The notes below the pieces were generated by a model. The model ran no database searches. It was not told where the DNA came from and was given only the letters and a program-made list of their open reading frames with translations. The position numbers and the translations under genes are program-made. Shown one piece after another: positions 1 through 10,426 of a stretch of 64,000 nucleotides of DNA (its first letter is position 1; each line of letters starts with the position of its first letter). The DNA comes from Macrostomum lignano. Lineage: Eukaryota. Where the stretch lies: NCBI GenBank assembly GCA_002269645.1, contig NIVC01000114.1, positions 124,001-188,000 of the forward strand, given 5' to 3'.

Positions 1-425
1 AAGCGGACGGTCATCAAGGGCGATTACATCAAAGTGCAATAATTCTTGGCTTAGCAAGTGCTACGTGGCAAAATGGCGAGCACAGTAAAGAAGAGGAGAA
101 AAGATGGGCATCAGTTTGCTCAGGTGGAGCCCACGGCAGACCGCAGCCGGTTTGATATTTTTAAATCATCAAGCATCCAATATACTAAAACTAAAGTCTC
201 AAATCTCCGGTCCAGCAATCGAGCTTCTCCTTCAATCTGCGGAATTCACTCGCTCTTGGCTCGACTCTCTCTCTTGCTCATTGATACTTCTACCTTAAAG
301 AGCGTTGAAAATTGATGAAGCTGCAGATGAAGATGAATTTTTAACTCAATCAAAAATGTGTGGCACAAAAAACATTGTAAATCCTCACTGCTGTGAGAAC
401 CCTCGCTTTCCTTCCCGCATTGCAG

Positions 426-479
426 AAGCCGAGAGGCCCGGCGGGCAGCCGCTCACGGCTTGGATTCGCGCCTCCATCG
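426..479 (+). CDS. Candidate 54-nt internal micro-exon upstream of cGLR copy 1
   Basis: It is flanked by a pyrimidine-rich acceptor (ctttccttcccgcattgcAG, AG at 424-425) and a consensus donor (GTGAGT, 480-485). The same 54-nt segment with both splice sites is conserved at 22988-23041. The 1-nt indel between the copies falls in the pyrimidine tract. Phase 1-1 reading gives (E)AERPGGQPLTAWIRASI, with three synonymous differences between the copies. Confidence 0.45.
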
Positions 480-586
480 GTGAGTCTGACCGGTTCGGCT
501 TTCACTGCCGCATTGCGCCTTCTAACAGGCTGGCAGCTTGGGGCAGAAATTGCAGCGAAACTCAGCAGGGTTGAGATTGGGTTGGA

Positions 587-780
587 CTGAGTGCTGCAGC
601 AGCTGCACTCTCAGCTCTCCTGCTTGAGATGACAGTCTGAGTGCTGCAGCAGCTGCACTCTCAGCTCTCCTGCTTGAGATGACAGTCTGAGTGCTGCAGC
701 AGCTGCACTCTCAGCTCTCCTGCTTGAGATGACAGTCTGAGTGCTGCAGCAGCAGCTGCACTCTCAGCTCTCCTGCTTGT
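587..780. repeat. 50-bp tandem repeat, about 4 units (ctgagtgctgcagcagctgcactctcagctctcctgcttgagatgacagt)
   Basis: The units are directly visible and are the same unit as the large array at 23149-26888. Confidence 0.95.
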
Positions 781-841
781 TCTGACCATCCAACTCTGAG
801 CAATTCACCCACACGCATCTCGGATCATTCCAGGCTCCCAG

Positions 842-1204
842 ACGACTCCCAGCAAGACAGGCGCCTGAGCGAGGAGCTGCATCGACTGCTCAGCGATGCG
901 GGATTCACCGAGCAGAGAGCAGAGTGTCAGCAGAGACTGGCTGACTGGCTGCAACAAGTCGTTCGAGTCCTCACACTGGAAGGCGATCGCAGGCAGATGA
1001 CGGGCAGCTACGCAGAGGGCTGGGCCAACAGTCTGGTGCAAGTGAACGGCAGGACAGCTGCAGACTCGGACATTGACTGGACTGTGCTGGTTGCTGGGCA
1101 GGAGTTTCATCTGGAAGGTGGCTGCAAAGGAAGATCTGGATCCTGCCGAAACGCCACTTGGCTGCAGGTCACGGAGGGCCACGCACAGGTGGCAGTGGGA
1201 GCAG
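842..1204 (+). CDS. cGAS-like receptor (Mab-21 family nucleotidyltransferase) copy 1, exon with the N-terminal helix and catalytic G-S / DxD motifs
   Basis: The frame is open from 733 and reads RRLSEELHRLLSDAGFTEQRAECQQRLADWL...MTGSYAEGWANSLVQVNGRTAADSDIDWTVLV (GS..EG...SDxD NTase signature). The phase-1 donor gcag|GTGAGT is at 1205. The 5' boundary (ctcccAG| at 840-841) is a prediction, although the AG is conserved in copy 2. Confidence 0.85.
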
Positions 1205-1353
1205 GTGAGTGAGGCTGGGTTCATCATCAGAATGCTGAGATCCGCATGCAACTGGAAGCCCATTAACTTTGCTCAAATATAAATTCGCAACCGAGTGGTG
1301 CCCAGCTTCCAGCAGCTTCTGTGACTGTGTCTTTACCTGGGTCGGTTTGGGTG

Positions 1354-3100
1354 TCCAGTCCCGAGTGCAATATGTAATATACGTGATATTATATATTGTG
1401 ATGTATATTGTGACGCTCTGTCTGTACTTTTTTTGGATACGAGCAGACGTGACGACGCTCTTCGAAAGTAATTCGATCCATTTGGTGTTGTGACACTCAG
1501 AGTTCACGCTGCGGCTCGAGGTGTGGTGACACTCTCGAGTGCTTCTAGTCTCGATACTGTAGGTTGTACAAACTGTATAGAGTAGCCGGTACAGTACTAC
1601 AAGAAGCTATATCATCTCCGGCGTTATGACGCTCTGGCAAGAACTCTGCCTAACAAGCTCCCCAGAAAAGAATGAACTCAAGCAGCAGGCGGCTTACCAG
1701 TGGCCAAATCGCCGTTCGTACGTTTATTGATTTGCTCGTTGGTCTTGACTTCTTGACTTGACTTCTTGACTGGTTTCTGACTTCTCAATTCTCAAAGACT
1801 CTTCTCACTAAGGCTCTTATGTTTCGTTTATCGTAGTAGCTAGTGTTGCTGTTTATTACGTCAATTCTCGCGCTTGCACTCTCGGAGCACACCAAAACAC
1901 AAAAGCGCAAACAGCACGAAGGGCGTGGGCAAGACCCAGAGCCGCACTATAAATAACAACCAAACCCTGGGGCCGATGGCCTCACCGGCTAAGCCCACAA
2001 AAACAAACAAACAACCCCAACTGTGATGTTGGGGCTCAAGGGCTCGGTCCTTTCGTGCCCCTTTTCCAGACCCGGGTTCGTGTACTGACCCCGGCTGCGG
2101 TCCTCCACTGACACGCGTTCGACGCGGTGTCCGTCGGGACTAGGCTGCTCGAGCGTACGACGCTCGACAGCCTACAGACTCGCGTACGACGCAGAGCTGC
2201 TTGGGGTGGGACCGGCGTACGACGCACTTAATCCCTCTAAGGTGCCTAGTACAGATGCAGACCCAAATGACGTACAAATTGGAAGGCTTACCAGCCGCGA
2301 TTTCAGTCGTACAAGAAACAGCGCCGTCAGACCAGTAGTGATCTCGATATTCTTTACTTATATATTTGTCTAGCAATTCTGCGAGGAATAGCAATTCAGC
2401 AACCAACGCTGGCACAATCGCCGAGGAGCCACGAAGACGACAAGAATGGGGTCCCAAGGGGGTCCGAATAAATAGGCAGCAAACTGGGGGTTGAGGGCGC
2501 AGGATAAAGGCAGAAAAGGGGGCTTAGACATCAGCCAAGGCAACAAATGAGCTGTACCAGCCAATCGCCGGGGCGCAGCACGGCAGACTGGGACTGGCAG
2601 CCAATCACAAACAGGGGCGGGGCAGCAAAGCTAACAAAAGAATGGGGCGGGGTCGCACGCAAAGAATGGGGGGTCGCACGCAGAGAATGGGGGTTGAACA
2701 ACAGACAAGGCCTAGGCAGAGAGGGGGGGGGAGGGTACGCACGCGCAGAAGTGCAGGTGGGTGAGTCAGAAAATATCTAAGGAGGGGGGGGGGAGAGGAC
2801 GGCCCACTGGCCCGGTGCAGCAACTTAGCAAAGAGCACACTGTCATAACACATTCATGACACAACAAAATAAAGACTGGCCGCGCCGGCCAGCCAATCAA
2901 AACCCCGCCTAGGAAGGGAGGGGCTGCACCCGCGCCAAAGCTGGCCCGGCCGCAGCCAACCAGCACTGAGCACGGGGCAGGGGCACGGCTGGAGAGGGGC
3001 ACGCGCAAAGCACGACCGGCAGCCAGACCCTGCCACGCCCGCCAAACCCCCTAGCCAGCCTCAAAGTGCAACGCGCCCTGCCAACTGACTGAGTGAATGA
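1354..3100. mobile_element. About 1.75-kb LTR-derived composite insertion in the cGLR-1 intron, including a probable minus-strand LTR at 2027-3086
   Basis: It is absent from the homologous intron of copy 2, where gtcggtttgggtg is followed closely by ...agcggcaggcgaaattg (27449-27475). It is non-coding and rich in CCAAT/GC boxes. On the minus strand a segment ends ...CCCCAACA at 2027. No TSD was identified. Confidence 0.5.
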
Positions 3101-3699
3101 ATGGAACCAGCGGCAGGCGAAATTGAAAAGAAAACTCTGACGCCGACTGGCTGAGCCGGGCCATTGGGTTTTGAATTCACAGGCTCCGATTGCAGCAGAG
3201 TGGGTGCAGCGGTGCTTGGGTGACCCACGGTAGGCGGCATAGCTCTGCTGAGGTGCTGCTGCTCTCAATTGGAAATTTCAAAAAAAATAAACCGAAGCCG
3301 CCCTGACTGCCTGATTGGTGCCTTGCTGCGGGGCACTGAGTCCTGATGATTCTTGAGCAGCTGTGCTGAGCTGCCACCTGATGAAGCCAGAGCAGCTGAG
3401 GGCAAACTCAGTGGGTGCAGAGGTATTTATTCGGCTTTTCAGAGGGCGCCAAAATTTTGTGGCGTCTCATCAAGCAGCCAAAAATCTATTGAATACCAGC
3501 TAAAAATTTAGAGGCTAACATACAATAACATATGTACAATAGCATGTGTATATTCAGCTAGTGTATAAATACGAGGCAAATAAATCGTAAGTGGCAAACA
3601 GGTGCGCTCCCTCACAACTGATGACACAACTTTCCAATATACTAAAAATGAAAATCTTGCTTGCAATCGATTATCTCCAGAATGGCTTAAACGATTTTC

Positions 3700-5303
3700 A
3701 TGAGACTTGCAGTGTTCGATCAGAAATTTTCTCGTGACGGTACATGTGTTCTCGTTCCGGAGTCGCTGCGGCGCCAGTTCCTGACCGACTTTCACGAGGG
3801 CATCGGCGGCCACTTCCAATTCCCAACGAAAATTCCTAAGGAGTCGACACTCACAGCCGGCTCAAGCACTGGTGGTTGCTGCTGCAGGAGTTCACCTTCA
3901 CCATCAAGTGCTCAAAGGGCGCCGACAAAGTGGAGGCAGGCGGCCTGTCGAGGATGCACGAGAGACGTTTTTTATCGTCAGCAACAGAGCTGCAGCCGCA
4001 GGTGTCCAACCGAGAGATACGGCAGGCGAAGCGGGCCGATCAGAAGCTCAAGCTGGTCATCGATGCACTGGAGAACGACAGCGCGACCCCGCCAAGTTGG
4101 TCCGACAGCGGACTGCGACACCTCAGCCGCATCTGGCGGAAGTTGCGGATTCAAGACGGCTTTCTCTGTCGCGCCTTTAACGATGCTGCGGGACAGAGGG
4201 AGGTGTCCGTGATTCCTGAGTCGAAGTTCCTGACCGACTTTCACGAGGGCATCGCGGCCACTTTGGACCGGAGAAAATGGCCGACACGCTGAAGCAGACC
4301 GCGTACTGGCCTGGGCTGCAGAGCGACGCGGTGAGTTTCTGCCAGGAGTGCCAGACCTGCCAGCTGAAAAAGGCGCAGCACCGGCCAGCAGCCCCACTCG
4401 GTGAGATGCCGATCGGCAAGCCCTAGCAGACGGTGGCGATCGATGTTCTGAAGGTGCCGACATCAAACCGAGGCAACAGCCAAGACCAGTTCTCCAAGTT
4501 CCTGACCGCCGGGCCGATGTCAGATCAGACCGCCAAGACCATCGCGGACGCTGCAGTGAAGGTCTTCTCCCTGCTCGGAGTCTCGTCCGTCCTCCACTCG
4601 GACCAGGGCGCGAACTTGGATAGCGAGCTGTTCCAGGAGACGCTGCGAGCACTGGGCATCAGGAAGACGCGCACCACGCCGTACCATCCACAGGGAAATG
4701 GACTGACTGATGCAGCTCGGCAACAAGTCGCTGCTGCAGCTGTTGAGGCTGCTCGCCGATACCGATTCCAGCTGGAAGGAGCAGCTGCCTCTGGTGGTCC
4801 TGTCCTACAACTCCAGGGTCCACAGCTCAACCAAGGTGGCGCCGCTGACGGTGATGACCGGCTACGACCCGGCGCTCCCGCCGAAGGTGAAGAGCAGCAT
4901 CAGCACCTACTTGGCACTACTGGGGTGGCGGCTGGCCCGGATTCGCGAGTTCGTCAAGGAGAATCTGGTAGCCGCCGGGCAGCAGCAGAAGGCGGCTTAC
5001 GACAAGAAGGCGTCAGATCTGTTGCAGTTTCTCCAAGGCGCCGAGGTGCTGCTGAGCATTGAGATGCGGCGCTCGAAGCTGGCGCCCTATTTGGAGCCGG
5101 GCTGGACGGTGCTTGAGCAGGGCGGTCACTCTGTGTGCATCCGCCGCGTCTTCGGCAGCCGGCCGATTCGCTGGGTGCACGTGAACCGGCTGTGCAGGCC
5201 GTTTGAAACCCAGCAGCCCGACTCTGAGCAGCTCCGCCAGCCGCCGGTGACCCACCGGGTCGCGCCGGAGCCCAGCCCAGGACTTCTTTGGTGTGAGCAT
5301 TGA
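3700..5303 (+). mobile_element. Ty3/Gypsy pol remnant (RNase H tail plus integrase), decayed, inside the cGLR-1 intron
   Basis: The RNase H tail reads LLQEFTFTIKCSKGADKVEAGGLSR. Integrase motifs include the zinc-binding H...YWPGL...CQTC region, the core AIDVL and VLHSDQGANLDSELF...GIRKTRTTPYHPQGNG, and a GPF-like 3' region. There are frameshifts and a stop. A short duplicate of the FLTDFHEGI segment lies at 3740-3815. Confidence 0.88.
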
Positions 5304-5799
5304 GTGAGAGACCGAGACTGGTGCGGACAGTTCTGTTATTGCATCTGCCGTAGCTGTTTGCTCTTATTGTTCTTTCGTTCCACTGTTTGATTTAGTCACC
5401 TCATTTGCGTTTTCTCTTTTCATTGGGGGTAACAAAAGTACGAATAGTTACTTATCTAAAGAGGTGTTAAGCGATCTTTATTATGGTCGAATGAATCACA
5501 GAGCTTTGAAACTACGGGCTTGTCTTAAAGTTTTCTTATCAAGTCTTTAAGTCCAATTCAATATTTTTCATAATTGCATGCCGGGTTGCTGCTTAAAAAT
5601 ATGAAAATTGGGTGGAAACTTCTACCTTTTGGCCTTTTAGGTTTGAAAGGAGAGTAAATTTAATTTAACTGTCGAATCATCAGAATTGTCTAGCAGCCGA
5701 GAAAAAAATATTGTTGTTTTAAATGATATATCATTAGATTCAAACCAACCCCCTTATTCACTCGCCACAAAGCGACTCTCCGCTCACTGCGCCCTGCAG

Positions 5800-7235
5800 G
5801 CAGCCAACCTGCAGTGACAGCCACGGCGTGCGGTGTGCGGCCTGCACAGGACACGTGCCATGCGATCCAGTGCTGCAGCAGTTTCTGTGAGGACAGAATT
5901 AGAAAACTGATTGAAGACACATATATTCCAGTTCACCTCGTTCGGGCGACCAGACCGAGCTCGACCAACGAGCTCAGAGTGAGCTTTAGCTTCCAAGAAA
6001 AACACATCATGAGACGGCTGAGCACAGTCCAGGGCCAGCTGTTCACACTCATCAAGTTCATCTTCAAGAGACACTTGCCGCGCACTCTGGACACACATGG
6101 ACTCAAGACCTACCATGCAAAGACTCTGCTCTTCACAATGCTGGAGAAGCATGGCACACATCCTCAAAAGAAGGCTTGGCAGCCCCACAATCTGATTGCT
6201 CTGCTCAAGGAGTCTCTCGACATGATGCTGAGCTTCATCGACTCGAGCAGCTCGCCCGATGAGTGCATGCCACACATCTTCATGCCCGACGCTCCGCTCT
6301 ACTTCAAGAACGCTGGAATCGGCGGCGACTTCGACAACACGAAGGCGAGAGTTCGAGACCGACTTCGTGAGCTTAGAAGCGACATCGGCGGAGTGGTCGA
6401 GCAGCTGAAGACACTCGTGAAACCTCTGCACTCAGAGAAGTTCTTCTACTTTCAACCGTTCACTCTGCTACCCCTGACAGCGCCGCCTGCTGTCTCGGAG
6501 ATCAGGAAAGGACGTGACTATCCAGCTAGGTACTATAAGTTCGCAGACGTGTACAGTGTGGTGCACCAGTGTGTGAGCGAGCTGCAGTCGGAATCGAGCG
6601 ACAGAGACACCCTGATGAGGCAGCTCAGTCTCCTTCGTAAGCTGAAGTGGTGCAAGTGCGCCGCCCTGTGCATGACCGCCATGGCGCATTTGAAGTTCAA
6701 TGACTTTAAGGAGGCTGAGAGACTCACGATGAAGCTGCGGGGACATCAGGTTGAGTCAGGGTTGAAGCCATTGGATATTCGAGATAAGGGTAGATACCAG
6801 TTTAGTGAGATAAAGCTGCCAGAAGACTCTGACTGGGCGTGGAGGTTCTGCCTCCCCTGCGACTCTCCGCCTCGCTTCCCATTCCTTCACGAGTTCACGC
6901 AGACTCTGTTCACAGCCAGACTGTCGCAGTCTTACTCGCAGCCCCACCTGTACGTGAACTTCCGCTGCCTGAGCTGGAGTCTCCAAGCTGAGCTGCTCCG
7001 CAATCGCGCACCTGCAATCGCATTCGATCATTGGATTGAACAGCTGCTTGGAGACCCGGACTTGGAGGAGCTGCTCACTCTGGCTCACTACAGCGACTGC
7101 CGCGAGCACGTGGAGCTCAGCCTGCAGCAGATGGAGATGATCGAGAAAGAGAGACGCGTCGCCATGGATACGCAGGACGAGGAGAAGATCGGCAGGGTCA
7201 GGCGGAAGCTGGAGAGACTTGATGCAGCGGCTTGA
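5800..7235 (+). CDS. cGLR copy 1, last coding exon (Mab-21 core plus about 250-aa helical C-terminal extension)
   Basis: The acceptor ccctgcAG| at 5798-5799 is phase 1, so it joins exon 842-1204 in frame (AVGA-G-SQPAV). Motifs: AQDTCHAIQC (candidate third catalytic Asp), ELRVSFSFQEK, LIKFIFK, LKTYHAKTLLF, CMPHIFMP. The frame is open to TGA at 7233-7235. Confidence 0.9.
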
Positions 7236-7322
7236 GTTGAACTCGTAATTTTGTAAGCTTCTGTGGCTTTTCTCTCTTTTGAGTACACGAAGTTTTACTG
7301 AACATATTTTACATATATAATA

Positions 7323-8692
7323 TAGCTTCTTGCAATTGAATTCGCCGCCTCAAAGTTGAGCAAAAAGGAGTGGTCTACCATAGACAAGTCAGCAGACGCA
7401 GCAGTTGATTTCGTATGCAGCCTGGGAGAGCTGTCCCCCAACGTTGGGTTGGCGGTGGATGGCGGTTTTTACAGCGTAAGTCGGTCTGCGGAGGAGCCCT
7501 GCGCACCGGGACTCGGGTCCCCACGCTCTCTGGCCACCCGCCGCAGGCCGCAAATTGGATTCCGCCGTCTACTGCCCGCCCGCGCAGGGTCAGCGCCCCG
7601 GCTGCATGGGGCTACGCCCCCGGTCCTATTAGCTACGTCTAGCTACAATGTCCGTGACCCGAAAAAGAAAGAAAGAAAGAAAGTTGATTTCGCACAAGCT
7701 GCAGTTCAAATTCGCAGCAAATTCAGCAGTTTATTTCCATGCTCATGATGATGTAACCGCCCTTGTCGCCTGTCCTAGAGCGTAGGACCATAGAAGGCAA
7801 TTATGACCGTAGGCTGCCTATGACCGGGCAATGACCTGACGGACCTCCAGCACCAGACTGTCCCGCCCACATGATTGATAGCTTTGGTAGCGCTTTCGTG
7901 ACCAGAGGGCCAACACCCACATGGACTCCGCCTGTAGCCAAGGTGCAATAGTTGGTCACTAGGTCATAGCATGACCAAGTGGCTGCCACCACTCTATGTG
8001 ACCTGGCGCACCTGGATCTTACTACCAGACCTCTCGAGGCTAGAGCCCCGCCTGGATTGGTTTCCAGGAGATTTAGGCTAACAGGGGAGACACATGCAGC
8101 CGAGTACAAGGACTCTGCTTGGGGCATGATCGGGAACTCTGGGCTCAATCTGGAGGATTTCCCAGCAGGGATACTTTGTGGTTGTGAGCGAGGCTGACTC
8201 ACGGCTTTGATTACTAAGAGTAGTGTGAGGTGAACATGTGCTGTCTATAGTTTAAATTGCGCAGGGCGAAGGGACGCGTCAGCATGGGGTTGCAACCTTC
8301 CTACTGCCATTCTGTGCCAAGTCTCGCTAATTCCCTCTACTGCACGCACACACGGACCCGCCGCACACACACACAGGCGGGCTTTGCACAGGGAGAGGCC
8401 ATTAGCTTACCCAACTTCCTTATGCTTTTTCACCCCGGGAGAAAGACTTAGCAAGCCATGGGTGAAATGATGACGAAAGAGTTAGTAAGGATGAGGTTAG
8501 TTATAGTTAATAATTAGGCCCTTAGGCGAATAATTAGGCGATTGGGCGGCTTCACTATTTAGTAAAAGTGCAGCAAATGATACGATATCACAATTGGCTC
8601 AGCTCTCTATAATTAAGCAATGGAAAATAGGTAAACCCCGGATAAGCAAGGCAGTTAGAGCACAAATTAGTAATATGAACTTTTCGGCAGCT

Positions 8693-8755
<63 letters not shown>

Positions 8756-10426
8756 TGGAGTTACCGAAGGCGGCTGTAGGCTGCAGTCGCCGCCGTGAAG
8801 CGGCGATGCGCTGGAGCGACGGGGCGCTGATGTAGATCAGACGATGCTGATGGTGATGGGCGGTATCAGACCGCTGGCCGACAGGCGAGCTCACTTGGGG
8901 AGCTGAATATAACTTGGCGATAACAGACAGCGGACCGGCAGAGGTTTGTCCTATAGACGAATGGGTCTGACAACTACGTCTGACAACAAGTCTAAAGAAA
9001 GACGAGGAGCCCGAAGGTTCAGGGCGACTCCTGAAGGTTTAAGATTCTCAGGCCGAAAACCGCTTTCTTATATAGCCTTCCCAGCCGCCGCTCCAAGGTC
9101 GTTTCCATGACTCCCTCTCTCTGATTGGCTGCCGGCAGAATGACGTCAGAATGAGTCATGATGAGAAGCATGAGAACGGCATAGCAACATGAGAAATGGG
9201 AGAACTGCGCAATCCGGAGGTGGGGTGGGGGATAATTGGCGCAGCGGGAGCTCGCGAAAGTGTTGCGCAAGCAAACATTGAGAACAATAGGGCTGGGGTC
9301 AAGAACAAAGGAATTGGAGATCGGGGAAAAAGGTGATAATTAGGTGCGAAAGCGAGAACAATAGAAAGAGAAAATCGGAGAAAATGTGATAATTTGTGGG
9401 GGTAAAAAGAACAAAAGAATAAAAAAACGAGAACAATAGAAGCGGAGGTGGGGTGGGTGTCGCATGAGAAATTTGGGAGGAGAACAATGGCATGACAACA
9501 GGTTGCGCAAGAGAGGGGGATGAGTCATCGATGAGTCATCGGGGAGAAGGAGGGGTCACTGTTTGGGAGTCTGAGGAGGGATGGGGGACGGTGAGCACGC
9601 AAAATGCTGTAAGTAGACGCAGGAAAAGAGGGGTACAGCGCAGGAAAATAGTGCAGGAAGGGGCAAAAGAGAGGAGACAGGAAAAGTACATAGAGAATGG
9701 GGTGGAGCGCAGAGGAGATAGAGTAGAAGGGGAGGTACAGAGAGGGACAGGGAGCTCCGGAAAGGCAAGTGTGGCGGCAGGGGAAACGGAGCCAAGGCAG
9801 CAGGGGGGGGGTGCAGCAGAGCGGGAGTCTGCAGGCCTGGTCGAAGACCTGGCCCAGTCTCGACGGCCCTGTGCAGAAGGTGCGCGGCGATAGGAGGTAC
9901 TTTTGAAAAAGTTTCCCTGCCCTATCCCGCGACCAGAGAGTGGTTACATCAATGAGTCGAAATGAGTCATGAGATGAGTCATGATGAGTCAATACCCATA
10001 GATGAGTCATGAGAAGTACATGCTAAGCCAAAATGTCTTTATGATCCAAGCAGCGATTGAAGCAGGTTGTAGCGTGATTCACCCAACGTAAACACTTCTG
10101 CTGTGTCAGCTCTGGAAGTGCAGCAGTCACCTCGCGTTTCTGCCTTCATTGCACGCTCGCACTAGCCGCAGCCGATCTGTCGTTGATACAGGCTTGTACG
10201 GTCCACTCAGCATGTTGAATTGGTAAACTAGCTTACGCAATCGCTATTCTATGGCAGATTGTGCCAATTGAATTGAATCGCAGAAGCAGAGAGCGAATTC
10301 TATGGCAGATTGTGCGAATTGAATTGCCGCCTTGTTTGTTCGTCATGGCCAAGTCGCGGGGGGCACATAGCGCGTCAGCCGCGCGAATTCAATTGCAGTT
10401 TCTGCGAATTCAATTGCAAAAAGGTA
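7323..10426. mobile_element. Non-autonomous TIR DNA element (about 3.1 kb) with a TA target context
   Basis: The left end ta-tagcttcttgcaattgaattcgc (7321-7345) is the inverted complement of the right end gcgaattcaattgcaaaaaggta-ta (10404-10428), with 2 mismatches. Subterminal gcgaatt/aattgaat repeats occur at 10250-10410. No transposase ORF was seen. Confidence 0.55.
7752..9948. mobile_element. Possible solo LTR or LTR-like insert nested in the TIR element
   Basis: The termini are TGTAACC (7752) and GGTTACA (9948), with a longer imperfect inverted match. It is non-coding and contains (AG)n at 8697-8752. No target-site duplication was found. Confidence 0.35.

Noticed and set aside
485-574. 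Continuation of a coding frame past the micro-exon donor (ESDRFGFHCRIAPSNRLAAWGRNCSETQQG*) as an ANK C-terminus
   Set aside because: The upstream frame is broken in both copies (TAA at 296-298; indels in copy 2). A consensus donor at 480 explains the segment more simply as intron, although this is not proven.
3370-3415. Hammerhead ribozyme-like CTGATGA motif (also at about 27930)
   Set aside because: There is no properly placed GAAA after a stem II, and the copy-2 equivalent is not conserved as a ribozyme core.
842-7235. Bacterial CBASS operon or horizontally acquired CD-NTase
   Set aside because: The gene has GT-AG introns conserved between paralogs and metazoan Mab-21-type motifs. No Cap effector or operon structure is present.
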